A stretch of DNA of 64,000 bases from Azolla caroliniana (GCA_043228905.1 JBHGNT010000006.1:7254001-7318000), one strand, 5' to 3'; counted from the first letter of the stretch, positions 14,447 through 27,700 are shown. Made by a program: numbers and translations. The notes: a model not told the origin generated them from the letters alone.

Positions 14447-17400
14447 CATTGTTCTTCATATATAGGATAGCTTCAGGTACCCTGATTTTAGACAAAGAAT
14501 CACATATGAATCTCTATGGATCCATGGATGGCTTAATCCCTTCTGGGTCCATGAAGAGCTCAGAAGAAGAGCAGCACACAGTGAATATAGTGACCATGTG
14601 ACAATGAGTGATGAAAATTTTGTGGCTTTACTCAAATCTTGTGCTGACAAGAAAGATGCATGCGAAGGTATTAGGCTGCATGGTGATATCTGCAAAAAAA
14701 GGCTACTTCCAAAAATACCTTATCTTGGTAGTAGTTTAATTAGTATGTATTCCAAATGTGGTCTTCTTGCTAAAGCTCGAGAAGTACTTGAAGAGCTTCC
14801 AATTCGTGATATTTTCTCTTGGAATGCACTTATTGCTGGATATGCCTCACATGGTCAAGGAAATGAAGCATTAAATTGCTTTGACCAGATGCTAAAAGAA
14901 GGTCTCTCTCCAGATCAAGGTACCTTTGTTTGTGTCTTGAAAGCATGCGGAATCATAGGGTCTATAGAGAAGGGGAAAGAAATCCATGATGAGATTGCGA
15001 GTAGTGGTTTGATAGAGAAGGATATTGTACTCGGTACTGCATTGGTGGATATGTATGCGAAATGTGGTCTTCTTGAAAAAGCAAGAGAAGTTTTCGATGA
15101 GTTCCCTGTGAGGAATATCATCTCGTGGAATGCTCTAATTACAGGGTATGCTCAGCAAGGGCAATACCACGAAGTATTGAATTCTGTTGATCAGATGCAA
15201 AGCGAGGGTCTCTCTCCAGATGGAGTTACTTTCATCTGCCTCTTGAATGCATGTGGAAGCACTGGAGCTATAGACAAGGGCGAACAAATTCATGAAGAGA
15301 TTGTTGCTAGGGGATTGTTGGAGCAAGATGCAGTACTTGCGAATGCTTTAGTGGATATGTATGCAAAGTGTGCTGCACTTTCAAAGGCATGGAAAATTAT
15401 AGAAGAACTTAATATTCAAGATGTAGTTTCTTGGAATGCATTGATTGCTGGATATGCCCATCAAGGGCAAGGCCAAAATGCATTGAATTGTTTTGAGCAT
15501 ATGCAAAGACAAGGACTCTCTCCAGATGCGGTAACTTTCACTTCCATTTTGAAGGCATGTAGCATTGTGGGGGCTGTAGGCAAGGGTAAACAGATCCATA
15601 AAGAGATTGTAAGCAGAGGGCTGATGGAGAAGGATATTGTCCTTGGAAATGTATTAGTTGACATGTATGCCAAATGTGACTTGCTGGCAGAAGCTCAACA
15701 AGTGCTTGATGAGCTTCCCATCCGAAATGTGATCTCTTGGTCTGCCCTTATTGCAGGTTATGTCCAAGAAGGGAAAGGTCATCAAGCATTGAATTGTTTC
15801 GAACGGATGCTGAATGAGGGCCTCTCACCTAATGTAATCACCTTCATTTGTGTCTTGAAAGCTTGTGGCAGCATAGGAGCTATATGCAAGGGTGAACAAA
15901 TTCATGAAAAGATCTTAAATACAGGGTTGTTAAAGAAAGATATTGCACTTGGCAATGCTTTGGTAGATATGTATGCCAAATGTGGCATGCTTGTGAAAGC
16001 ACAAGAAGTCCTGGGTGATCTTCCGTCACGAGACGTGATCTCTTGGAATGCACTAATTACAGGGTATGCACAACATGGACAAGATCATGAAGCACTGAAC
16101 TGCTTTGAAAAGATGCAAGGTGAGGGCCTTTCTCCAGATGCTGTCACTTTTACGTGCATCTTAAAGACCTGTGGAAGCGTGCAAGCAATCGAGAAGGGCA
16201 AAAAGGTTCATGAAGAGATTGAGAATAGTGGTTTGCTAGAAAAGGACACTATGCTTGGGAGTGCTTTGGTGGATATGTATGCTAGATGTGGTTTGCTTCC
16301 AAAAGCTCGGGAGGTTTTGGAACAACTTCCAGTTAGAGATGTAACATCTTGGTGTGCTTTGATTTCAGGTTACACCCAACAGGACCGAGGCCATGAGGCA
16401 CTAGAATGCTTTGAAAGGATGGAGAATGAGGGCATCTCTCCCAATTCAGTGACTCTTGTGTGCATTTTGAGGGCATGTGGCATTATGGGAGATATCGATA
16501 AGGGCAAACAAATCCATGAAAGAATTGTCAAATTGGGCTTGTTGAAGGGAGATATTGTGCTTGGCACTACGGTGGTAGACATGTATGCAAAATGTGGTAT
16601 GCTTGCAAGAGCACAAGAGGTGCTCGAACAGCTTCCCGATCGACATATAGTAACATGGTCTGTACTAATCACAGGATATGCTGAACAGGGGCAAGGCCAT
16701 GAAGCACTGAAATGCTTTGAACAGATGCAAAATGAGGGTCACTCTCCAGATCTGGTGACCTTCATTTGCATCTTGAAGGCTTGTGCTAGCACTGGAGCTG
16801 TAGACAAAGCTGAGAAAATTCATGAACAAGTTGTAAGAAGTGGGTTGATAGAGAAGGATATCGTGCTCGGTACAACTTTGGTAGATACATATGCGAAGTT
16901 TGGCCTCCTCTCAAAAGCGCGTCAAGTTCTTGAAGAGCTTCCTAGTCGAAACATTGTCTCTTGGAATGCACTAATTGCAGGCTATGCCAGACATGGACAG
17001 GGTAGTGAAGCACTAAACACACTCCAGTGGATGAAAAGTGAGGGCTTCTTGCCAAATCACATCACATACTTATGTATCCTAACTGCATGTGGCCACTCTG
17101 GGCTATTGGACGAGGCACGGATTTTATTTGCAGATATGAATAGTAGCTGTGATGCCATTGTGCCAAATATAGAACACCGAACTTGCATGATAATGGTCTT
17201 TGGGTATGCTGGGCGTTTTGATGAGGCGATTTCAGTTATTGAGGCAATGCCATCGTTGGATGATGGTGCTGTTTGGCTTGCATTGCTAGCTGCTTGTAGG
17301 AAATGGGCGAATGTGGAGATTGGAAGATTAGCTTTCGATCAGGCTGTACAACTTGATGAGAGTTGTGGAGCAAGTTACATTCTTATGACTGATATTTTTG

Positions 17401-17525
17401 CAGCATCTGGCATGCAAGAGGATGCAGAAAAAGTCGAAGCAATGCGGCTAAAATATGCAATTCAGAACACAAAGCCTTATCAGGATGGCAAAATGTACAT
17501 AGATTTAAATAGCCATTTCACTTGA
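14225..17525 (+). CDS. PLS-class PPR protein (E subclass, no DYW) with N-terminal OSB-type PDF-like motif; 2 exons, 1049 aa
   Basis: Exon 1 is 14225-14314 (MAKQ...YDNRNTK|GT), the intron is 14315-14465 (TATAG|), and exon 2 is 14466-17525, in frame with the 975-aa ORF. About 26 P/L/S motifs in ~102-aa triplets (DVxSWNALIxGY / PDxVTFxCxLKAC / LGxALVDMYAKCG), then E1-E2-like sequence and a stop. Confidence 0.92.
14365..14440. repeat. Compound (GT)n(GA)n microsatellite inside the PPR intron; a similar tract lies upstream at 14156-14220
   Basis: Direct inspection. Confidence 0.95.
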
Positions 17526-19879
17526 ATAATGACCAATGTTCCAACCTCATTAATGAAGAAAGGACGTGCATATGTTGTTGCAATTCACTAATTCCGGTGA
17601 TTGTCATTCTTGTAGCTAATTTGCTTTAGATGATCCCTGTTGTTTCTTTCATCATCCACAATCTTCAAGCACTCATTAGGATGAGGAAGTTTTATCAAAA
17701 CAAACTCCTTAAATTGAACCTAGTTTGCTAGTGCAAATTTCTGGTCACAATAAAACATTAAATATGCTTCTTTGAAAGCTTGTTCGTAATCCTCTCATCC
17801 TAAACAAAAATGTTTTACTTGGAGGAACAAGAGACATTGCCAATTAAGGCAGCACACAAAGTGACTAGGGCAGTACTTTGCTTGAGATTTGTTGCTAGAT
17901 CAATACAAGTACATAAACGTTGGATTTATTCTACCTCTAATCGATAGCTCAACTTATGTCGTTTATTGGTTGGCCCCGACCTTGATATATCCTTACTCGG
18001 ATGCATCACCCAAACATTTGTGTGAGCTATGCAAATTAATTATTTTGGTGGTTTGTGAGAAAGTTTTACTTGTTGATGTCAAATCCAAAACCGCAACTAG
18101 TGATACAATTACATCCTATTACGTTGTAAAGGAAACCATTTTTATGGTCCATCCACATATGGTTGAGATGTTTGATCCATCAAAGAACCATATATCTCTA
18201 GTAGTGAATGGATTTGAAATGTTTGTTGTATTCAATTGTTGGTAGTGTAGTATAAATTCTAAGCTTCTCTTTCTTTTGTAAAAAATATTCTGGCCTACTT
18301 AAGGGCTTTAATGAACCTTGCTCTCTCTATACATGCCGCTTAATTTTTTTAGCTTTTTGGTAGACCAATCCTATATTTTGACTTCTTCTTAAGATTGGAA
18401 TCTATTTTAGGTTGAACTTGGGCATATAGATTTATGAAACTTACTCTTACCATCCCATTAACATTTAAAAAAATTGAAAGAGATTAATAAATATCTTTGG
18501 GTTCTCTTCTTGCACCATCTATAGAACTTGGTTTTGTCCTTTGAATTATGCTTGATCTTTAAAGCCTTTGGTCATGGCCCACACAACAATATAGTTTCTT
18601 ACAAATCACATTTCTTATTATTCCAAACTATTGTGTCAACTTTAACAAGGACTTGATTGATAAAGGTACGATTGCGTGTGCACATGCTGACAAACGCGCA
18701 AATCCCATTCATTTGTCACACATAAGAGATATGGTGTTTATCCGCATTCACTATTCAAATATGTATGTCTAATGTTAAAATTAAACAATATAAATTTACT
18801 GTTGTTGAAAATCAATCAAGCGTCAATGCACATTGATGTTGCATTACTATGGTTAGGCATACTCTAATTCTTTCCAAATCCACAACCATATAAATGTAGA
18901 TCACATATGAAAGTGCTATAGAAAACTTTAGGCTAAATCAACACCACAAGAAAGTACAATTCCATACAAATAACCAAAAGTTGTTGCAAATTTTGGCTAT
19001 TCAATGCATCACGTTATTTTCTTGAATCGAACTCTTGAATACCCAAAGGTACTTTCGCAAATTGGGAAGCACGAAATCTTATACGTTGTCAATATTTATA
19101 TGATATAGTCATAACCTTACGAACTAAATTCTATAACTAATTTTAATAGTTTAATGGTGCGGTAATCGGGAAATTGACCATAGGTCTGACTTGGCTAGCT
19201 GTTCTGAAAGAAATAGGTGCAGAAAATCTAATTTGGTAATGTTTCAATGGAAATCCAACTAGATAGTGGCGAAGCTACGTCATTTTACTCTGATGCGTAT
19301 CCTAACATACATACATACATAATAGTACCATGTACAACATCGGTACTGATACCGATGGTTCTTTTGAATTATATGCCGCCTGTTCTACTCCAACATCCTC
19401 GAGATCTGGAAAGCAGAGTATTATGGATGAGGAAGAACCCTGGCAATAGACATAGGAATTTGGACAAACCCATAAGAACCTAGGACACGTGTGAACATGC
19501 GGTGGTTTGGGAGCCTTAGCTGTTGGGCAATATAAAAAGGGTTAGCTACCACCCCCTTTAATACAATATACTGAGATGTTGTCGAACACTATTGAGGAGG
19601 TGAAGCTCTCTTCTTTAAATGCCTTATTCAACAACCAAGGTATAACATACGGTAATATTTGGTGGTATGCTCTCCCATATATTATACGAGTGTATCAAAT
19701 GCTTCTAAGAACCAAGTTCATATGCTTGGCCAATCTTGTGCGAATCAATTCCATATCAATTTATCTTGTCGTTAAACACTCCTGTTGATGATGTCGTTAA
19801 TCGCATCTATTGATATAGAGCAAGAGGGATCATTTGCCAATCTCATTTTTCATGTGCTTGAAGAATAACTTTTGGGCCA

Positions 19880-20300
19880 TGTTAAGATATCAATCTCAAC
19901 TATATTTAGTTAGCTAGTCAACACACGTAACCTAGTAGTTACCTAGATAGAATCTAGTTAGTATGTTGACCTTAAGTCCTTAAATAGGATTTTGTACTTG
20001 AGTGGGATACATTGTAGATCCTCCACTCCCATGATTATTTAATATAGGACTTACACCTTTGTACATGTATTCTACTCACACATGTGCACCTTTGCACATG
20101 AGATGTATATATACCTCATTGTGGGTATTTTGTATTTGATGATGCTTTTTAATATACACTCTCATTAATCATCCCCCATTTATATTATTGTTCATAAGTG
20201 TATATCTTCCTCTCACACACATATCACATAACCTTCCGCTTATTAACTACTCACATAATTAGTCACTAATTAACCCTAGTTAATTACCTAATTATTAACA
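19880..20300. mobile_element. Probable solo LTR (421 bp)
   Basis: TGTTAA...TTAACA inverted termini, flanks GGCCA/TGCCA (5-bp TSD with 1 mismatch), internal TATATATA. Confidence 0.55.
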
Positions 20301-22910
20301 TGCCAATTATAAACATATAGTTTTCACAAACATCGTGCATACTTTTTATATTGAAGAACCATAACATAAAATACGCTACTTGCCCATTTGTAATATGTTT
20401 ATCTGGTAATATTAGGTGAAAGAATTCTCACTCAATTGGGGTTCATAAATATATAAGAATAAGCCTTTATAGAATAGGAAGAAAATATTGTATTTTACAA
20501 CCAAGATTTAAGTAGGTAAATCAGTAAATGATACATATGTCACATATATCAATAACCAACCCTTTATCCAATAAACAAATCATAGGTATAGGTTGCCAAC
20601 TATATTTATAGCCTTTCTTATACATCAATTAAAGCTCTTACTCTAATGACAAAAAAAAAACTAAAACCAAGACTTTTGGAATGAAAGCTTAATCATAAAA
20701 ACAATTATTGTTTTCAATATACAAGAGGAATTTGGGTTCCAAGTTCCAACAAAACCAAACATAAGGGCATTCATTGTACATGTGTGCATACTTGTTTGAA
20801 TGTTTCCATGTGTTTAAGTAAAGGCTCTTAATAAGGTAGAAGCCACAAGTTAAAAGGAAATCAATAACATAGGCCAATAAACAAGGGTTTGTAAAGCTAC
20901 TCATGAGGAAGGAATTAAAAGTCCAACGGAAGTTCTATTTCACGATCTTTTGGCTCAATCTTCTTTTGGTTTCCCAAAGAGCACAATACCATTCTTCACT
21001 CTCAATTGATTAGAAAACTCAAATTGGATAGCGTTTAATGAGGGTTTAAACACAGTGATAGGAGGATTATGGCCAATTGTCACTATTTCTTTTCCTTGTA
21101 ATTGGCCATATGTATAGAACCAATGGGGGCATTAGGCATAACATAAAAGAGATGTTGGCGGGTCAATTTTCTTCTTGCAAAAATGGAGACAAGTAAATTG
21201 TTTTGTTGCTTATATCTTGTGGAATTTATTCTACTCTTAAGTTTTATAATTTCCAATCTATTCAATTATCAATATTTGCTTTGCCCTTCTTTGGCTTTGA
21301 GTGTGGATGCCTTTTTATCTTCAAAAATGGGGTTTGATCCCTCCTCTTTCATATTAGGTTGGGGATGAATGAGTTCGAGTTATCCAATAATTGAGGTTTC
21401 TTCACAACATTTTTGTGAACAAACATGTGAATTTAGCATATAGTAAAGAATCGAACATTAATTTCAAACTACATATATTAGACATATAATCATATGAGAA
21501 TATGTTTAAACACAATATACCTAGAGCAACTCACCATGCTTACTTACCTTTGCAATATCTTGAGAATACATGATAGGAAGGAGGGAGACTTGTGAGATGT
21601 TGATTGTATAATACTAAAAGAAATGTGTGTCCTTGAGATAGTTCAAGCATGAAAATCACTTTGTTGCCCTTCAAGCATTATCGTGACTATATTAGTGACA
21701 CGCCAAACCTTTTATCATAAAATTCATTAGCATGATTTGATTGATACTCATTTGTTGTCAACGAGGGGAGTAGAACTTATATAAATCTACCAAGCATGAA
21801 TACTCATGTATCAAACCCATGAGCCAAAATGTTGGGCTAGCATATCCACAAATGAAAATTTTGAGCATGAAATTGTTTTTACACACCCATGTGCATATGG
21901 GTGTGAAAGTAGAGAGATATATATTTAACACATTCAAGTGACATTACCTCTAGAACATGGTTGACAAATATATGTGAATCATCTAACACAATTCATAAAT
22001 TGGGCTTTTTAAATGATTTTGAGTTATGGCTTAAAATACAAATTTGGGGATTATATATCTTACACTGAAACTTTTGTTGGCCAATTTTTTGCATTTTATT
22101 ATATTCTCTATTTAGAATACTTTCATAGGCGATAAATAAGCATATGATAAGTTCACAATAACTAAGTATTATTTCTTGATTTTGGAGGACATCATACTGT
22201 GAAATGCTCTCAAAATAGCCCCCTTTCCATTACGTTGTCGTGAAGAAAACCGGCCACAAGCGGAATCGGTGCACCGGAGCGTAGGAACCGGCTCTTCATG
22301 CACGTACGCCTTATGTTGTACATAAGAGAGAATTAGGTACATAGAAGATCCTAGGTAGGTAGATTCGGTAGGTAGGAAGTTAATGGGAAACGGCTCCTTC
22401 CTTGCCTAGAAAAGGAGGGAGACGAGGAGGGGGGACGGATCGCGGTTAGAGAGGACGAAGTGCTGTCGGGTTGTCGGCCGAAGGCTTCTCTCTCTTCCAT
22501 ACTCCGTAGCTTCTTTCTGTGCAGGTTTTCGGGAGGCTCGCGCTGCTCTGAGGAATGCCCGAGTGCTTCCGGCAGCACCTCCAACCTACTCCTTTCTTTT
22601 TGAGCGTTTACGAACAGGCATCGACATCTGTTCGCCGGCCTTTTCGGTTGTAACCGACTTCGTGCTTCTTGTTGTTTGTCCTTGTTAATATATATATATA
22701 TATACATACATTCGTGTCTCTCTGCGTCGGTGTCCCACTCGCGTCTTTGTGTCGAAGGGCCGTGCCCCTGTGAGTCTACGCCCACACGTAGTGGGTCCCT
22801 TCCCTTCTCCTTTGTCTCTTGCTCTTCGATACAAGACCCCCGAGGCCCCGCCTCATTCCACGCATCCGTGAGGAATACCTCGACAAGGCCGACTCCTAGA
22901 AAAATACGGG

Positions 22911-24722
22911 TTGGATGACGCGCTCCGGCTTTCGAAACGAGACTTCATGGAATGGGTGGAGTCCCCCGGCAAGGGAAGAAACGCGTCGGCACTCCTCCGG
23001 GAGTTTGAAGAATGCTTTGTGCGCCTTTCGGCGCTTGACCGAACCATTCTGGATACGAGCCGGGTCCTACTGTTCGTCAAGTCGGTGGACGAGCGGGACC
23101 GGGATCAAGTCGGCTCCTTGCTGGAAACCGAAGAAGGGCTGACGACCGACTGGGCTACGGTTAAGAGAGTCTGTGGCCGTTTCGACAAACGGCGAGAATG
23201 GGCTGATAACGGGGCGGCCGGTGCGGGCTCTGTCACATCAAGGAGGTTTGAACCGGCACCGCAAGGGCGAAGGGCAGAGACCCGGGAGTGGCTCGAAACC
23301 GGGTCGGCTCCGACCGGCATGGTTAATGACTCGTCCGGAGGAGCAACGCTGGAGGAGTTGACGCGGGCGATAAAGGATCTCCAGATCGCCCAGACTCGAA
23401 GGGAAGGCGGCGAACCGGCTCGTGACCGACGGCCGGCAGCATGGAACAGGTGCATGTGGTGCGACGAGGTTAGCCACATTCGGAAGGACTGCGGCGATTT
23501 CGCAGAGGCGTTGAGGAACCGGGTGGTGTACCTATGGGAAGGCCGGGTGCACGCCAGCGATACCAGAAGGGCCCTAAATCGGAACGACGGGCGAGGAGGT
23601 ATGAAGAGACTGATGGAAGAGGCAGCGGCCCGACACGTGGAGGCCATCCACTACTCGGCGTCGGCCGATATTCGGGTCGGGGGCAGCGAGGCCCGAAAGG
23701 AGAGCAAAGACGGATTCTGGTCGGCAATGCTGGAAGGCCTCGCCGGCGCACGGCTGAGGAAAGATGAAGCGGACCGTGCTGAGAGACGGGTCCGGGAAAT
23801 AACCGGGTGGAGCGACCCAGTCGAGGAGAAGACGGGCTTCGTAGAAGCCGCCTGCCGGAACTACGAGGCTCTGGTGGAAGACAAACGAGTAGGGAAAGCC
23901 GGAGCGGCCGGGCCCTCACAACGATACGAGACCCGATTCGGGCAACGACGGAACGATGCCGGTGGGTCCAGCGCGCAAGATAACCCCAGGAAGGGCGGAT
24001 ACCGACTGGGGACGGAAATAGAAAGGACCACGGACCTACGAAAGGTCCTAGAAGAACGGATCCTCGACAGCAAAGTGGAGCTGTCATTGCGGGAGGTGCT
24101 AGGGATCGCTAAGAAGGAGTTCCACGAGTCCATTGTGGACTTGGTGAAGCGGAAGAGGCTGTCGACGGAGACGGAACCAGAAAGACCGGTGGAGGTGCGG
24201 ACGACGCACATCGACGACTTGGCGCTGGAAGATGAGTGGGCGGAGAGCCACTATTCGAGGCCACACTGGGCCCGAGCGACCACGGAGACCCCGGTAAAGA
24301 TCGGAGATGTTCAGGAACCGGTGGTGGCACTGGTGGACCACGGTTTGGAAATAAACCTGATGTCCATGGACTTCTATAAGAAGGGAAAGTGGCCGATCAA
24401 CACCAAGCACGGGTGGAAGATACGGGCGGCGACGCCCGCCACCGAGGAACTGCACGGGGTCTGCCCGAACGTGCGAGTCAAGATCGGCGACGTCGAGATT
24501 GACCAACACTTCTTCGTACAGGAGACGTCCTCGCACCCGGTCATATTAGGGGAACCATACGTCACGGCGGCGCGAATGGAGACCAAGGTGCTGGACAACG
24601 GTTCGGCCTACGCGAGGGTCAAAAGCCAGGACGGGCGCCATTCGGTCCAATTTCTGACGGTGCGGCCGAACCACGAGCGAAACCGCGAATCCCTCGGTGG
24701 CGAGAACCGGGAGGATTTTTAG
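22911..24722 (+). CDS. gag: B ORF1: 5'-truncated Gag with CCHC knuckle plus aspartic protease
   Basis: CMWCDEVSHIRKDC, ALVDHGLEINLM and VILGEPY. Confidence 0.85.
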   Translation: MDDALRLSKRDFMEWVESPGKGRNASALLREFEECFVRLSALDRTILDTSRVLLFVKSVDERDRDQVGSLLETEEGLTTDWATVKRVCGRFDKRREWADNGAAGAGSVTSRRFEPAPQGRRAETREWLETGSAPTGMVNDSSGGATLEELTRAIKDLQIAQTRREGGEPARDRRPAAWNRCMWCDEVSHIRKDCGDFAEALRNRVVYLWEGRVHASDTRRALNRNDGRGGMKRLMEEAAARHVEAIHYSASADIRVGGSEARKESKDGFWSAMLEGLAGARLRKDEADRAERRVREITGWSDPVEEKTGFVEAACRNYEALVEDKRVGKAGAAGPSQRYETRFGQRRNDAGGSSAQDNPRKGGYRLGTEIERTTDLRKVLEERILDSKVELSLREVLGIAKKEFHESIVDLVKRKRLSTETEPERPVEVRTTHIDDLALEDEWAESHYSRPHWARATTETPVKIGDVQEPVVALVDHGLEINLMSMDFYKKGKWPINTKHGWKIRAATPATEELHGVCPNVRVKIGDVEIDQHFFVQETSSHPVILGEPYVTAARMETKVLDNGSAYARVKSQDGRHSVQFLTVRPNHERNRESLGGENREDF

Positions 24723-27700
24723 AGAGGGTTGCCAAGGCGTGGGGCCGAGACAGTCCGGACACTCGGGAAAGACCCCACAGCTGTACGATAGAACCGAAAC
24801 CGAAGAAACCTTGTACGATAGGTAGAAATTTTTTCTTCTCCAACGACGGAGGGTGTATGATAGTCGGCATCGTTGGCCGAGAAAGGGCAAGGGCGGAGGA
24901 GCGACTTCGAGCGTGCGGAGTTCTCGGCCCGGAAGAGGAAATCAGCGGAGCCGTGGAGGCGGTCTCCTTCAACGACACCTTGGGAATGCTGAGGGAGGTA
25001 GCCGGAGAAGACCTTAACGAAGACCGGACGATACCGGTATGTTCCGAAGAGATGTACGAAGTCATCGCGAACTTCAGTCAGGGGCTCGGGTCGGATCGGA
25101 CGGCCCGGGTTAGCACGAAGTACAAGACGGTGGACCGGAAGGTAAGGCCAGTCGTGGCACCCTTACCGGAGGGCAGCGAGTCCCGAATAAGAGGGGTTGC
25201 GTCGGACCCCAGTTTACGAGATCCGGTCTGCATAGGACACACCTTCACCGACGGGACACTCCGGGAGCTCAAAATCGGTGGGGGCGGGTTCCTACTGCCG
25301 ACGGAGGAAGACCGGTTTCGGAGAATGCTCAGAAGGCACGGGAAAGCCTTCGCATTCTAACTGGAAGAGATCGGGTGCGTAGACCCGACAATCGTGGAGC
25401 CGATGGTGATATTCACGGTACCGCATGTGCCGTGGAATCTCAAGCCGATTCCAGTACCGAGAGCTCACATCCCGAAGTTGATGGAGCTATTGAGGCAGAA
25501 AGTCGATATGGGCATTCTCGAACCGTCGAGTGCCCCATACTCAAACCGATGGTTTACCGTACCAAAGAAAAACGGAACATTGCGCTTCATTCAAGACCTG
25601 TAGCCGGTCAACAGAGTGACCATTCGGAACGCAGGAATCGGACCGACCATAGACGAGTTCGCGGAGGCCTTCGTCGGAAGGTCGATTTACTCGGTCGGTG
25701 ATCTGTAGTCGGGGTACGACCAGTTCCAGCTAGCCGTGGAGAGCAGAGACATTACGACGATGCGAACTCCCCTCGGCCTAGTGCGAATGTGTACCCTGCC
25801 ACAAGGAGGGACCAACTCGGTGGCCCACATGGTGAATGCAATGAACAAGGTACTGAGGGATTGCATCCCGGACATCACCATGCCATTTCTAGACGACATC
25901 CCGATCAAGGGGTGCCCGGTGGAAGAGAAGGACGAGACACTTGGGCCGGACGGATGCCGGCGATTCGTGGCAACACACATCGACGACTGCGAGAAGGTGC
26001 TACAAAGGCTAGAGGTTGCGAGGCTCACCTTCTTCGGGGAGAAATCGGCCTTCGGGCAATCAGAAATCTTGGTGGTCGGACACCTATGTGGACCATATGG
26101 CCGGAAGCCGTCTCCGGCAAAAGTAGAAGCCATCTCCGCGATGAAGACCGACTGTAGCTCGGTTACGGAAGTTCGGAGGTTCCTGGGGGCGTGCACATTC
26201 TACCACATATGGATCCCGCATTACGCCCACGTTGCGGAGCCGCTATACGGGTTGCTAAAGAAAGGGTGAAAATTCGAGTGGCGAGACGAGCACACGGAGT
26301 CGGTCCGGAAGCTGAAGGAAGCTCTTGCGGCAGCACCGGCGCTCCGGAAGGCTGTCTACGAGAAGGGTACCCCGGTATACATAACGGTGGATACGAGTCC
26401 GACCGGGATCGGATGGGTCGGCAACCAAGAAGACGAGGACGGCATTCGGTTCCCGATCCGATTCGGCGCGAAGGTCCTTAGTGAGCGACAACGAGGGTAC
26501 GCCCAGGTTAAACGGGAACTCTGGGGTATCGTTTCGGCAGTAAAGGCCGACAAAGACTACCTGATCGGGACAGAAGTGATTATCGAGACGGATTGCCTCC
26601 CAATTCTCGGCATGGTTTCCGGATGCGCGACACTGGACCTGGCGATGCTTAGGTGGATAGCATACATCAAGTCCCTGGACCCGGAAATACGACACATTTC
26701 CGGAAAGGACAACGCCATGGCCGACATGCTTTCGAGGGCGAGGTTTGATGACGAGGGCGGCATGGTTTCGGAGGACGAAGAAGTCGGCGTGGACTTCTTC
26801 GAGGCAACGTACGTGACGACCGATGGGACGAGCACTCCGGTGCTTAACGGCTTCGACGAGAGCAAGTACGACGGCGAGTGGCTCCAGATCAGTGGTTTCT
26901 TGAGGAGAATGACGCCGGATGCATCGTGGACGAGGGACGAGGCCAACCGGATCCGGAAGAAAGCATACCGATTCTTTCTCCGGGACGGATACTTATGGAA
27001 GCACCCGAAGAAGAGGAACGGCGTCCCGCTCCGGGTGGTGGCGATGAAGGAAGAACAGGAGGAGCTGCTGACGGCCTACCACGACAGCCCTTGGGCTGGA
27101 CACCGTGGAACGTGGGCCACGTTCGAGAAGATAAAGGGGAAGTACTGGTGGCCGGGACTGTACCGGGACGTGCATCGGTTCGTGACAACTTGCGAGAGCT
27201 GTCAGATGCACTCCATAGTCCGACATCGGGACGAGCTTCACCCTACGTACCCTCCAACCATCCACTTCAAATGGATGGTAGATCTGGTGACGATGCCGAT
27301 GGGAGTAGGATAGATGTGGTATCTGGTCCTGGCTCGGGAAGATCTGATGAACCAGGTGGAAGGCCGAGCCCTTCAGAACAAAACGACCGCGGCCGTATGT
27401 CGGTTCCCGATCGAGGACGTGATATGCCGGTACGGGTGCGTCGGGAAGATCGTGGCTGATCGCGGGGAGTTGGACACCGAAGAGGCCGAGGAGCTGTTCG
27501 ACCGGCTAGGAGTCAAGCTGTCGCTTACCACTGCGTACAATCCGGAGGCGAATGGGAAGGTGGAGCGTGGACACAGACCGATCGTCAAGGCGTTAGTTCG
27601 GGCATGCGGAGGTCAAGTCGGGAACTGGCCGCGACTGTTGCCTTACGCGTTGTGGGCGGACCGGACTACGCACAGTTCGGTAACCGGATTCATGCCGGCA

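Noticed and set aside
17850-19000. Possible DNA transposon (MULE/hAT) remnant
   Set aside because: Only a vague GHDQR knuckle-like fragment is visible; too degenerate to support.
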